Source: a virus (lineage: Duplodnaviria; Caudoviricetes). From it: 44,115 nucleotides of DNA. Location of the stretch: positions 1 through 44,115 of IMG/VR virus record IMGVR_UViG_3300027813_001276; one strand, written 5' to 3'. Under the pieces are notes generated by a model, which was not told the DNA's origin, searched no databases, and saw only the letters and a program-made list of their open reading frames with translations. The translations under genes and the position numbers were made by a program. Numbering within the stretch: the stretch's first letter is position 1; the number at the start of each line of letters is the position of its first letter. Below, piece by piece: positions 28,872 through 38,566 of this stretch.

Positions 28872-29785
28872 TTAAAAAACCTCTGTGTTTCTACAAGTTC
28901 TTCTATTTTTTTAAAAGTCATTCTTTCGTGTGAATGTACTCTAAATGTTACTCTAGGAGTATTGTTGGTTAATACTCTATGCCACTTTGCTACATTAACA
29001 AAATACGGATTATGCATTCCTACATGTTCTGTAATTTTATTAAGATGGTCAGCCCATTGATCCATATCTGATATGTAACTACTAACAGGGCCTACTCGTA
29101 TGTTATTTACAATAGCTAGGTTTGGTGGACGTTTTATTAACCTGGATAAAAATCTTGCATAGTCTGTAAAAAATTTATCTCTAGCCAGTTCATGTGTACG
29201 TTCCAATTCGTCTGAACCATTTGCAAATTCTATTTTACTGTTGTCCGTATCTCCCAATAGTTTAAAGTTACACACAGCAGGTGGTCGTAATTTATTAATC
29301 CTATTAAAGCCATCAACATCTCCACCAGATGGAGCCTCAAAATCTGGAGTTTTCATTGGTCCTTCACAATGCCATCCTGAAGTTTTATTAAAACATAAAA
29401 CTGTTACAGGAACTACTTTGCTGGCGCCGTTGGGACCGGTCCATAGATTATCTATATAGTCTGCATGAAATGTATCGTTAAGCCATTCCCACATTTGGCG
29501 TTTTAATATTTGGTCATGTACTACTGCTGTGCCATTGAAATGCATTTCTCCAGCAAGTATCGTATCTATGTCTTGCTGTACAAGGTCTCCAGTATGCTTT
29601 CCAGCCTGAAGTAAATCATATCGTTGCTTGCCGGCATTAGTCCACGTAATGTTTTTTGATTGTATTGAATAGTTCTTTGACGCACCATCTTTTGCATGTA
29701 TCAACTCTATATCTTCAGCTGAAAGAATATCTTCTGCCGTCCATGGTAGTGTTAAATTAGGTACATCTATGAAACATCCATTCAT
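28868..29785 (-). CDS. Putative 2OG-Fe(II) oxygenase, paralog 3 of 4
   Basis: WHCEG...CNFKLLGD...WHRV...PRVTFR. Confidence 0.65.
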   Translation of the reverse strand: MNGCFIDVPNLTLPWTAEDILSAEDIELIHAKDGASKNYSIQSKNITWTNAGKQRYDLLQAGKHTGDLVQQDIDTILAGEMHFNGTAVVHDQILKRQMWEWLNDTFHADYIDNLWTGPNGASKVVPVTVLCFNKTSGWHCEGPMKTPDFEAPSGGDVDGFNRINKLRPPAVCNFKLLGDTDNSKIEFANGSDELERTHELARDKFFTDYARFLSRLIKRPPNLAIVNNIRVGPVSSYISDMDQWADHLNKITEHVGMHNPYFVNVAKWHRVLTNNTPRVTFRVHSHERMTFKKIEELVETQRFFK

Positions 29786-30711
29786 TTTAAAAATTTACCT
29801 TCATCTATCAAACTTTGAAAATGTTCAAACGTTTGATTTTTGTGTCCCATAAATCTTAAACTAACTCTCGGTGCTACTGTTTTAATATTAACCCTGTGCC
29901 AAGAAGATAAATTTAATAAAAATGGACTGTGGTATCCTTCTATTTTTCCTGCAGGTTTTAAACGCTGTAACATGTCATTACTAGATGTTTGGTCAATAGT
30001 TTCTGAAACACTAATGCCATTATCACTCCACATAGTCACAGGCTCTTTGCCGTCAACCTTCCATTGGTCTGTGAAACGTTTATTTAATGCATCATACTCT
30101 GCTGTAAATATTTCATCTGGTTCTGCAACTTCAATAGAGCAATCATCTGCATCGCCTAATAGCCTAAAGTTACATACAGCACTTGTACGTGATGTTTCAA
30201 TTCTATTGTGTAATAAACTTTCGTCTGCAACTTTTCTCCAACCTGATAACCCCTCTGTGTGGAATGTACTTGGTCCACTAAACCCAATAAGTGTAATAGG
30301 AACAATTTTCTTTCCGCCCAAACTCCAAATGTCTGCTAGATAGTCCTCATGGAATGTATCTTGTGCAAACTCTCTGAGTGTGTACATTAGTTTTTTATTT
30401 GTTATGACTCCTATACTTGTTGGAGGTCTATAGCCTTTCATTTTTTCGCCTACAACAAAATCTTCATCTTTGTCTAACACAATATCTGTGCCGGCAATCT
30501 TATGTTCGTTTGGGCTATACATCCAACTCATGTTTTCTGTTTGGGCCATTGTCCAACCAAACATGTCTGGGTGCTCTACGATTTCTACCTTGTCATTAAA
30601 TTTTTCTCTGTCGTAAATTAAATCGTAATCATCTTCCGTAAAAATATCATCTACTGTAATAGGTAATTCCAAATCTGGAAAAGAACAAAGGTGATTTCTT
30701 ACGTTATGCAT
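29782..30711 (-). CDS. Putative 2OG-Fe(II) oxygenase, paralog 2 of 4
   Basis: FHTEG...CNFRLLGD...WHRV...PRVSLR. Confidence 0.65.
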   Translation of the reverse strand: MHNVRNHLCSFPDLELPITVDDIFTEDDYDLIYDREKFNDKVEIVEHPDMFGWTMAQTENMSWMYSPNEHKIAGTDIVLDKDEDFVVGEKMKGYRPPTSIGVITNKKLMYTLREFAQDTFHEDYLADIWSLGGKKIVPITLIGFSGPSTFHTEGLSGWRKVADESLLHNRIETSRTSAVCNFRLLGDADDCSIEVAEPDEIFTAEYDALNKRFTDQWKVDGKEPVTMWSDNGISVSETIDQTSSNDMLQRLKPAGKIEGYHSPFLLNLSSWHRVNIKTVAPRVSLRFMGHKNQTFEHFQSLIDEGKFLK

Positions 30712-31501
30712 TTATTAATTTACCCTCTTTATGTAAGTTAGCCCAATGACTCATTGGTAGTTCTTCATTACACATTAATCTAAAACTGATCCTCGGTTCT
30801 TTAGTCCTACTATTTTCAACACGGTGCCAAGGATTAGGGTGGGTATCTTGATGTCCTAAGTTTAAGAGGAACGGACAATCGTAGTTTATTTTTCTATCTA
30901 TTTCTGTAACATTATCATCAATAGTCATTATTGCATCACTATAAAAATTACTTCTAATGTTTTTATCTTTACACCATTGGACATCTTGCCCAGGTGTTCT
31001 CAAATTGTATAACTGCTCGACAGTATTTAACACATACTCACTTGGTTGCCCAAATACAATATCACTGTCCTCATCTGCTTTTAATTTAATATTAAGTACA
31101 GCACTAGTTCTTGCAAATCCTTCTTCCAATTTTGTCCAAGGATAAAATCCTTCGTAATGCCATCTGCTAGATTCACTTGCTTTAGTCATTACTAATGTTG
31201 CTGGAAATGATTTATTAGGGCGTTTGTAAAATGCTTTTGTAAAAAAGTTATCTGGGAAAACATCTTTCGCCCATTCTTGCATTAAACGTGATATGCTTTT
31301 ATCTACTAAGAAACCTATCTGTAAGTTAGGTGCTTCTTCATTTGTGGTCCATGCTATCTTTTGTGCATTTTTAAAAACATATTCTGAGGGGTTGTGTCCA
31401 TCTTGTAAGGCAAAATCTGAATCAAGTAAAATATCTTCTGCTTTAAACGGTAAAGGAAACTTTAAAAGTTCTGGTATGTCAAAATATGTGTTCCCAGACA
31501 T
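30704..31501 (-). CDS. Putative 2OG-Fe(II) oxygenase, paralog 1 of 4
   Basis: WHYEG...LNIKL...WHRV...PRISFR. Confidence 0.6.
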   Translation of the reverse strand: MSGNTYFDIPELLKFPLPFKAEDILLDSDFALQDGHNPSEYVFKNAQKIAWTTNEEAPNLQIGFLVDKSISRLMQEWAKDVFPDNFFTKAFYKRPNKSFPATLVMTKASESSRWHYEGFYPWTKLEEGFARTSAVLNIKLKADEDSDIVFGQPSEYVLNTVEQLYNLRTPGQDVQWCKDKNIRSNFYSDAIMTIDDNVTEIDRKINYDCPFLLNLGHQDTHPNPWHRVENSRTKEPRISFRLMCNEELPMSHWANLHKEGKLINA

Positions 31502-32268
31502 TATCCTATAACAAAGCCTAGTGGTGAGTTGCCTTCTTCCATGTTGTGTATTGATGCTATCAATTGATCCATCTCTGTTAATGCTTCTGCCTTTAAGGCA
31601 TCGCCATTAAGAGTTACTGCTCCACCTGGTCCTGGTAATCCACCTGGGAATTTGCTTCTTGCTTCACCTAACATCATTTTACTCTGTGCTAATGCAAAAT
31701 TAGAAAGCCAATCTGCGGCATACACATCTTTAATTAAAACACTCTCTGGTATAAAGTTATTAACTCCAACTGCAATGTCTTCTGCGTGTGCCACGTTTCT
31801 TAGAATAGTTAATTCTTTTGTGTTGCGATTAAATGTAAAATTATACTCACTACCAAATATACGACCAATAGTTTCCTTGTATTGTGCAAATGCATCAAAT
31901 ACTGCAAGTCCACCTATTTGTCCTGCTTGTAGCATGTACATGTTATTAAATGCAACATCAAATGGATCAAAGTTAGTACCGCCACCACTGTTAGTTCCGA
32001 TGCCTCTTCTATATAAACGCTTAACGTCTATAACTTCATCAGGGAGTGTATACTTTGTTACACCGTCCTGTGTTTGTACAAAAATAACTGCTTCTTCTAC
32101 ACTACCGCTACTCAACTGTCTATACTTTTGTAAAGATTTGTTGATTGCTATATCGTAATGCTCTCTATCCAACTCAACATCTACCATTCCGTCAGCCAGT
32201 CTTAACTGAATTTCCTTAATGATTTCGTCTCTGTTGTTGTAGCCTATTTGGTCTATTCTCTGTGCCAT
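31501..32268 (-). CDS. Neck protein (T4 gp13-like)
   Basis: LRL...VDVEL, LGEARSKF...PGGAVTLNG, terminal FVIG; ATG 32268 follows an ATAAATA box. Confidence 0.85.
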   Translation of the reverse strand: MAQRIDQIGYNNRDEIIKEIQLRLADGMVDVELDREHYDIAINKSLQKYRQLSSGSVEEAVIFVQTQDGVTKYTLPDEVIDVKRLYRRGIGTNSGGGTNFDPFDVAFNNMYMLQAGQIGGLAVFDAFAQYKETIGRIFGSEYNFTFNRNTKELTILRNVAHAEDIAVGVNNFIPESVLIKDVYAADWLSNFALAQSKMMLGEARSKFPGGLPGPGGAVTLNGDALKAEALTEMDQLIASIHNMEEGNSPLGFVIG

Positions 32269-32292
32269 ACTACTATTTATCACTTTCCAGTG

Positions 32293-33450
32293 TTAGAAGG
32301 CTCTAAGTATGATTGTAGTATCGTTTATTCTTCCGTTTAGTTTGGTTGGTGTTGTTTTTACTTCGTCAAATGCTTTAGCAAAACGTGTTTTAGCATTTCC
32401 GGTCCAGTTGCTAATCTGTTCTTTTGGCTTTCTAAGTGTCTTTTGCATAGAAGAGCCTGCATCAAAGCCTATTATAGTTGTGCCTTTAACCATTAATCCG
32501 GCACCTTCTCTTGCCATATTACGTGGGTCTTTGTTCTCTGCGTGGTACACACCTATCTTCCGGGACTTTGTATTGTATAACCAAAGTTCGTTAGCATACA
32601 CGACGTCTGTGGGCGATATAGATGCTATTCCTAAGTCTCCATCGGCTACTTGGAACTTTAACTTCTTAATTATGCTTTCTTTACTTCTGCTTCTAGGCTT
32701 ACGTTGTTTTCTGTTTGCTTTACCAGTAAGTATGATTGCATCGCAGGCATTACTAATTTTTTGAAAAAAGCCTAAATAATCCTTCTTCATTTTCTTATCC
32801 ATAAAACTGTATGCTTCATTTAATTGTTCACATGTTCCATCGATACTTTCTTGTGCTTCTGCAAGTAAAGGTATGTATTGGTCTTGAATCATTTTAGCAT
32901 GAGCAGGTTTAATTACTCCAGACTGATATACTTTCATATCTTTATCTGGATCAAACTTTTTAAGGTCAATCTTATCTGCTTCTATGAAGTTATCCATAAC
33001 ATCGTCCCAGTCTCCACATAAGTCAGTAATTTGTTCTAACATTCTTTCTTGTATAGACACTTTTGGTTTCACAACTTCTTTAACTTTGACTTCTTCCATT
33101 ATCTCATTACCTTTCTCAATCCATTCTGGTATTCGTTTTTCATAAAATGCTACATACCGTTCAGGCATGTAACCAACTCTGGACCACATGTATCCATATT
33201 TTGCACTACTGCTAAATCTCCAATCCGGGTTTTTAAGTATTATCTTAATATCAGCCTTATCCCAACCACTGCCGTCTTTAACCCATTTCCTAAATTGTAG
33301 TACTTGGTCTTTAGTGGCTATCTCAGAATGTACAAAGTAATCCATTTCACGGAATGCGTTTTCTTGTTCGTCAGGATCTGTTACCAGTATGAATTTCTTC
33401 CAATCTGGTTGTGTAGTGACGTAAACTGTTCTCTGTTTTTTTCTAGCCAT
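32293..33450 (-). CDS. Basic hypothetical protein (early)
   Basis: Long Lys-rich ORF; ATG 33450 with GGAG upstream. Confidence 0.8.
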   Translation of the reverse strand: MARKKQRTVYVTTQPDWKKFILVTDPDEQENAFREMDYFVHSEIATKDQVLQFRKWVKDGSGWDKADIKIILKNPDWRFSSSAKYGYMWSRVGYMPERYVAFYEKRIPEWIEKGNEIMEEVKVKEVVKPKVSIQERMLEQITDLCGDWDDVMDNFIEADKIDLKKFDPDKDMKVYQSGVIKPAHAKMIQDQYIPLLAEAQESIDGTCEQLNEAYSFMDKKMKKDYLGFFQKISNACDAIILTGKANRKQRKPRSRSKESIIKKLKFQVADGDLGIASISPTDVVYANELWLYNTKSRKIGVYHAENKDPRNMAREGAGLMVKGTTIIGFDAGSSMQKTLRKPKEQISNWTGNAKTRFAKAFDEVKTTPTKLNGRINDTTIILRAF

Positions 33451-33485
33451 AACTTTTATTTTTACTCCAAGCAATATTCGTAGTT

Positions 33486-33514
33486 AGTATAACTTCAAAT
33501 AAATTGTTTGTCAA
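33486..33514 (-). promoter_or_regulatory. Sigma70-type early promoter
   Basis: TTGACA-17nt-TATACT. Confidence 0.8.
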
Positions 33515-33545
33515 TTGGTAAATTTTGAATCAAAAGGTTTAAAAC

Positions 33546-33968
33546 CTATAGTTTTTTAGCAGTAAGCCCAATACTTGCTGAAGCAACACGTTTTTCATTA
33601 CAAAAAACTTCACAATCATAAAATATGTTATTCATTTTACGTTTTTTAAGTGTCGCATTAAGTGTTAATACATCTCCAGGGAATACTGGATTACGGAATT
33701 TACAACCATCTACCCTAGTAACAAAAGTTACATAGTCACTATGCTGTACTGCACCAACGTCTTGCTCTGCAAGATATAATGCATGTATTCCGGCGCATTG
33801 ATTCATTCCTTCTATAAGATAAACTCCGGGCCATATCTTAACATGTGGGAAATGTCCTTCTAGGACTGGATGGTCTGCTTGGACTTCGTAAGTTGCTACA
33901 ATAGAATGGTCATCTATAATCTTGTGACTGTCTATTAATGCTATTGGGTATCTGTGTGGTAGTTCCAT
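33546..33968 (-). CDS. fabZ: 3-hydroxyacyl-ACP dehydratase (hotdog fold)
   Basis: LPHRYPIALID, GHFP...PGVYLIEGMNQ, KFRNPVFPGD. Confidence 0.88.
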   Translation of the reverse strand: MELPHRYPIALIDSHKIIDDHSIVATYEVQADHPVLEGHFPHVKIWPGVYLIEGMNQCAGIHALYLAEQDVGAVQHSDYVTFVTRVDGCKFRNPVFPGDVLTLNATLKKRKMNNIFYDCEVFCNEKRVASASIGLTAKKL

Positions 33969-33988
33969 ACAAGTAGTTATGTAAGGAA

Positions 33989-35779
33989 TTATAGTGAGTT
34001 GCGGTATTCTTGAACAGTTAGTATAGTAGGCACATCATCTTTCCATAATGTTACAGACTCTACTCTATTGTGTTCCTTGATATTCATTACTTTATCATAA
34101 TATGCCATATGGTCATTGTACATATCTTGCCTTAACAAGTTACTGCCCAATATTGGATTCCTAGTAGGATGTATTTTCTTCCTAAGGAATGCCTTATGGG
34201 TAACCTGTGCAAGATGAAATGCTTTCATCAATGTTACTCCATGTTTGTTTGTATATATAACCATGTCTTCTTGACCAGGGCCAAATATTCCGGATCTTTG
34301 TAGGGTTCTGTATTCTTCTTTAGACTTTTCTGTGTACCCATAAGCGGCTGGATCTGCCTGTATGGCACTTTCAGTTTTTGTACCATCCATTTTTTCACCT
34401 TTACCTATGGACCTACGAAGTTTATATATAACAGGATAGATAGCATCCAGTTTATTATAATCTAAATCTGTTAATTTATTGTATGAATCTCTTAAACCTT
34501 CATAAGTATCTTCTGGTAACCCAAACATAAAGTTTGAGCTCATGCCAACATCTTTAAATGCGCCTGCTTTTAGTTCTCTAATAAATGCAAACTGCTCCTC
34601 AGGATCCCATCCTTTGCCTAATGCAATACCACTTTCGTGTATTGTTGATTCTATTCCGTAATGTAACCAACCAGCGCCGGCGTCTACTAATAATTGAGTT
34701 TGTTTTAATCTATGTTGTAAGTCTAATCTTGCAAAAGCGGACCATTTTAAAGGAATTCCTGTACGACTTTTTATTTCTGCTAGTCTTTCTAACTTTGAAC
34801 TATCGTCATTTATAGTATCATCTGATACCCAGTACTCTGATACCCCAAACTCTTCCCAATTACGTTTCAGTTCGTCTTCTACCCTTGATGTACTACGCAT
34901 ATAGGAGCCTTTCTCCTTACCTATCAAGTTAAATTCACAAAATGTGCATTTGAATATACAGCCTCTGCCAATTTCTAAAGATATCTGTTGGTTTGGTAAA
35001 AGTATGTCTTCTGGAAAATAATGTTGTGTAGAATTTTCTATATCTAGCATACTTTTAGCGTCAGTGTATACTTTTTTGAGAGTGTTTGCTTCTAAATCCA
35101 TCATCATGTGTCTAATTGTAACGTCTGCATAACCAAACATGAACACATCTATGTCATGTAGGGGAGAATCTACTTGTCCGTTACCTTTTAATTCTTCTGT
35201 AGCATTAAATTGTATTCCACCTATAACAAGTTTTATGTCTGGATTAATTTCTGTAGCCCATTCTTTTAATTTATGATGTCTTGATGGAGGGAAATACACA
35301 CTATTCATTAATCCTCGTTGTGTGGCGCCAAAGGCGAACACTTGTCCAAACATTACTGCTTTAGTATTAGGTCCTACAAACTTTTTAATAACGTTGTGTA
35401 TTAAATCTTCGCTGGAGTGCAATGGAAAATGTATTACTTGTACTGTATACCCCATTTGTCTAAGTTCATGTGCAACCCTATCTGCTCCCATTGACCTAGA
35501 ATTATGATCGCTACTCATAGGCCACTCTATCCAGCCATGAAACGGGTCTGTTTTTGCTCTTACTGGATCATAGTTTTGGTTTCTAGTATAACAACGCTTT
35601 TCGAAGTCGTCTGCAGTTTGTAAATAGTCTGCATACTCTTCATCTGTCCATTGTTTTTGATAGTTCATCGATTCTAACTGTACTTCATACTGTCTAGCTA
35701 CCGTTGGGTCACTCGCAAACATCAGTATATCTACTTCTGTGTGAATAAAATCTTTATCGTATGTAAGTATGTGCTTCAT
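33989..35779 (-). CDS. Radical SAM protein, B12-binding (class B-like) architecture
   Basis: N-terminal Rossmann-like region (VAHELRQMGYTVQV, LVIGG, GYAD); EIGRGCIFKCTFC; DDT; GIES; FGLPEDT. Confidence 0.88.
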   Translation of the reverse strand: MKHILTYDKDFIHTEVDILMFASDPTVARQYEVQLESMNYQKQWTDEEYADYLQTADDFEKRCYTRNQNYDPVRAKTDPFHGWIEWPMSSDHNSRSMGADRVAHELRQMGYTVQVIHFPLHSSEDLIHNVIKKFVGPNTKAVMFGQVFAFGATQRGLMNSVYFPPSRHHKLKEWATEINPDIKLVIGGIQFNATEELKGNGQVDSPLHDIDVFMFGYADVTIRHMMMDLEANTLKKVYTDAKSMLDIENSTQHYFPEDILLPNQQISLEIGRGCIFKCTFCEFNLIGKEKGSYMRSTSRVEDELKRNWEEFGVSEYWVSDDTINDDSSKLERLAEIKSRTGIPLKWSAFARLDLQHRLKQTQLLVDAGAGWLHYGIESTIHESGIALGKGWDPEEQFAFIRELKAGAFKDVGMSSNFMFGLPEDTYEGLRDSYNKLTDLDYNKLDAIYPVIYKLRRSIGKGEKMDGTKTESAIQADPAAYGYTEKSKEEYRTLQRSGIFGPGQEDMVIYTNKHGVTLMKAFHLAQVTHKAFLRKKIHPTRNPILGSNLLRQDMYNDHMAYYDKVMNIKEHNRVESVTLWKDDVPTILTVQEYRNSL

Positions 35780-37545
35780 ATAGGTTTGAACTCTGTGACT
35801 TCACCGTTATTTACCCATTGTACAGAATTATACCGTGTATGTTGTTGAACTGACATAATTTTTGACCAATACTCTTGCCAATAATTTTTCATAAAGTCTG
35901 TTTTTTCTGCATCTAGTGGTATCTTGTGATACGTTGCTGTAAGTTTTGGCATCCAGCCTCTACTTTTATGGAAGTCTTCATTTAACTTTTTAACAAACCG
36001 TTCTGCACCAGTGTAAGTTATGCCATGTTTGTTACGCCAGTACCTAACAACTGCTCCACTAGTAGCCTGTTGTATTCTGTTTGCTTCTTCAATGGGAAAG
36101 TCATACCCATAGTCTTCTGGATTTCTGTCTATCTTACTGCCTGTTTGTTGAAAGTTTTCATCGCCCGATGTCGTAACTTGATGAGATGATAAATCTCTTA
36201 TAAACATATAGTTTACCATTAAGTAATCTAACGGATTAAATTTAGGATCTAGTATTTGTTCTCTGAATAAATTTAAAGACTCTCTGGTGTCTTCTGGTAA
36301 TCCAACTACAAATGAACTAAACAGTTGTACTTTGTCTTTGAATATACCGTTCTTTAATTCCCATAAGTATTCAAATTGCTCTAATGGGTTCCAACCTTTA
36401 CCTATTAATGGACCATTGAGAGGATTAAGACTTTCTATGCCATAGTGTGGATTAAATAATCCGCAATCCAGTAGTAATTGTTCTTGTTTTAATCTATGTT
36501 GTAAGTCTAATCTAATAAACGCACTAAGCTCTAATGGTATGTTAGCATTATGTTTTGCTTCTGCTACAAGTTTAAGTTTATCACTATCCTCATTAAAGGT
36601 ATCGTCCATTACCCAATACTTGTAAATGCCATTCTCTTCCCAATTACGTTTCAGTTCGTCTTGTATAAGACTTTGTTTTCTAATATATGTACCTTTCTCT
36701 TTTCCTAGTAATCCAAAGTTACAAAAACTGCAACTAAAAATACAACCACGTGAAGTTTCTAAAGGCATTTCATCTCCTTTAACAATTCCATCTTCTTCAC
36801 AGTAACTCATTGTACTGTTTAATATATCTAGTCGACTGCCTCTATCTGTATAAACGGGCCACTCGGTGCCTGCTTTAATATCATCTAGCATTTCAAAAAT
36901 TGTTGCTTCTGCATAACCAACGTTGATAATATCCATATCAAGCATAGCACTATCGAATCTTTTATCTAATAATGTTTCTAATGTGTGAGGACTACCTCCA
37001 GATACTAATTTAGTATTAGGATTAATATCTTTAATCCAGTTTTTAATTTGACGTTGACGTTGTGGTGGCATGTAAAGAGAATGAAACAATGCCCATGGGT
37101 TATATGCACTATGGAATGTTTGACTAAAGCCTACTAAAAATGTATTATCACCTATAAACTTTTTAAATATTTTTTTAAAGTCTTCTTCTGTGTGATACCA
37201 AAAGTGTGTTACAACTTGTACTGTATAGCCTTTCTTTCTTATTTCATGTGCAAGTTTATACATAGCATAACTTCTTGCAGTATGATGTGCAGAACAATAG
37301 TCATTATTTTCTACATAATTGCAAACTCTTTCTGATTCTGGTGATGTTTTATCTACATGTTCTAAATACTTTGCATATTCTTCATCAGTAAATTGTTTCA
37401 TACCTTGGTCGTCTGCTAACTTTAAACCAAAGTCATACACACTTGCACCTGGTATCATGTGTTCATAATACCAAATAGCAGTTAAGTCATCTGCAAATAG
37501 CAGTACATCTACCGGAGTTTTTTCAGGATTAAAGTTTTCTAGCAT
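35776..37545 (-). CDS. Radical SAM protein, B12-binding (class B-like) architecture
   Basis: LAHEIRKKGYTVQV, VSGG, GYAE; ETSRGCIFSCSFC; DDTFN; GIES; VGLPEDT. Confidence 0.88.
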   Translation of the reverse strand: MLENFNPEKTPVDVLLFADDLTAIWYYEHMIPGASVYDFGLKLADDQGMKQFTDEEYAKYLEHVDKTSPESERVCNYVENNDYCSAHHTARSYAMYKLAHEIRKKGYTVQVVTHFWYHTEEDFKKIFKKFIGDNTFLVGFSQTFHSAYNPWALFHSLYMPPQRQRQIKNWIKDINPNTKLVSGGSPHTLETLLDKRFDSAMLDMDIINVGYAEATIFEMLDDIKAGTEWPVYTDRGSRLDILNSTMSYCEEDGIVKGDEMPLETSRGCIFSCSFCNFGLLGKEKGTYIRKQSLIQDELKRNWEENGIYKYWVMDDTFNEDSDKLKLVAEAKHNANIPLELSAFIRLDLQHRLKQEQLLLDCGLFNPHYGIESLNPLNGPLIGKGWNPLEQFEYLWELKNGIFKDKVQLFSSFVVGLPEDTRESLNLFREQILDPKFNPLDYLMVNYMFIRDLSSHQVTTSGDENFQQTGSKIDRNPEDYGYDFPIEEANRIQQATSGAVVRYWRNKHGITYTGAERFVKKLNEDFHKSRGWMPKLTATYHKIPLDAEKTDFMKNYWQEYWSKIMSVQQHTRYNSVQWVNNGEVTEFKPI

Positions 37546-37565
37546 GTATGTACTTATCGTATTTT

Positions 37566-38291
37566 CTAATCTACGAAAGCACGTTCTAGTACAAAGTCGT
37601 TTGGTTCACCTAAGTTGCCTTCTATGAATCCATGTTCTTCAAAATAGTCTCGACATTCATAATTCATTTCTGGGCCTCCACATACCATAACTCTGTCAGT
37701 TTCTTTATTAAATCCACCGTTAGTAATCAAATCAATGTGTTCCCACAGTCGTCCTTTGCGGATATATTCTTCTTGAGTACAGGTATCATAATATTTTAAA
37801 GCAAACACCGATGCTACTTCCTCAATTTGTTTTATGTAAGTGTGTTCTGCATGTGTGCGTGTTGTATGAACTAGTATAACGTTTTTAAATTTTTCATACG
37901 TTTCTGGATCTCTAATAATACTCATAAACGGAGCAAGTCCTGTTCCTGTTGAAAGCAAATACAAATTGTCCCCTACAGTTAAGTTATCTATCGTTAGAGT
38001 GCCCGTTGTCTTGGGCATACATATTACTTCGTCTCCAACTTTTAAATGCTGTAAACGACTTGTAAGAGGTCCGTCGGGTACCTTAATACTTAAGAACTCC
38101 AACTCATCCTCATAGTTTGCACTAGCAATACTGTATGCTCTTAGTAAAGGTCTTCCGTTTTCTTCTTCTGACGGTAGTCCAATCATAGCAAACTCACCGT
38201 TTATAAAACGGAATGATTTATTGCGTGTTGTTTTAAAACTAAATGTTTTGTCGGTCCAATGATGGACCCATGTAACTGTTTCTATATTCAA
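37566..38291 (-). CDS. fpr: Ferredoxin/flavodoxin-NADP+ reductase
   Basis: RAYSIAS, VPDGPLTSRL, TGTGLAPF, MVCG, ERAFVD. Confidence 0.95.
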   Translation of the reverse strand: MNIETVTWVHHWTDKTFSFKTTRNKSFRFINGEFAMIGLPSEEENGRPLLRAYSIASANYEDELEFLSIKVPDGPLTSRLQHLKVGDEVICMPKTTGTLTIDNLTVGDNLYLLSTGTGLAPFMSIIRDPETYEKFKNVILVHTTRTHAEHTYIKQIEEVASVFALKYYDTCTQEEYIRKGRLWEHIDLITNGGFNKETDRVMVCGGPEMNYECRDYFEEHGFIEGNLGEPNDFVLERAFVD

Positions 38292-38548
38292 TGTTTAGTT
38301 GCCTTGAAAGATTCGAGCATTGCTCGTCTTATCTCTGGATCTTTTAGTTTATCTAGAAATTCATCGTTGAGTTCAAAGTTCATGCCACTTTCAAATCCAG
38401 ACATTAAACTTATATCATCAACTCCTAATAATTCACAAATTTGTTCAAACGACAGTAAATCCATTCCTCGTTCTTTAGCATCAATTAACAATTCTAACAT
38501 TGCTCCTGTTATGACGTCTTCTAAATCGCGGTCCATTTCATCTGCCAT
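38288..38548 (-). CDS. Acidic hypothetical protein
   Basis: 86-aa ORF with AGGAGA SD right after the tRNA; stop overlaps the fpr start. Confidence 0.75.
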   Translation of the reverse strand: MADEMDRDLEDVITGAMLELLIDAKERGMDLLSFEQICELLGVDDISLMSGFESGMNFELNDEFLDKLKDPEIRRAMLESFKATKH

Positions 38549-38566
38549 TATAATCTCCTACGGATC

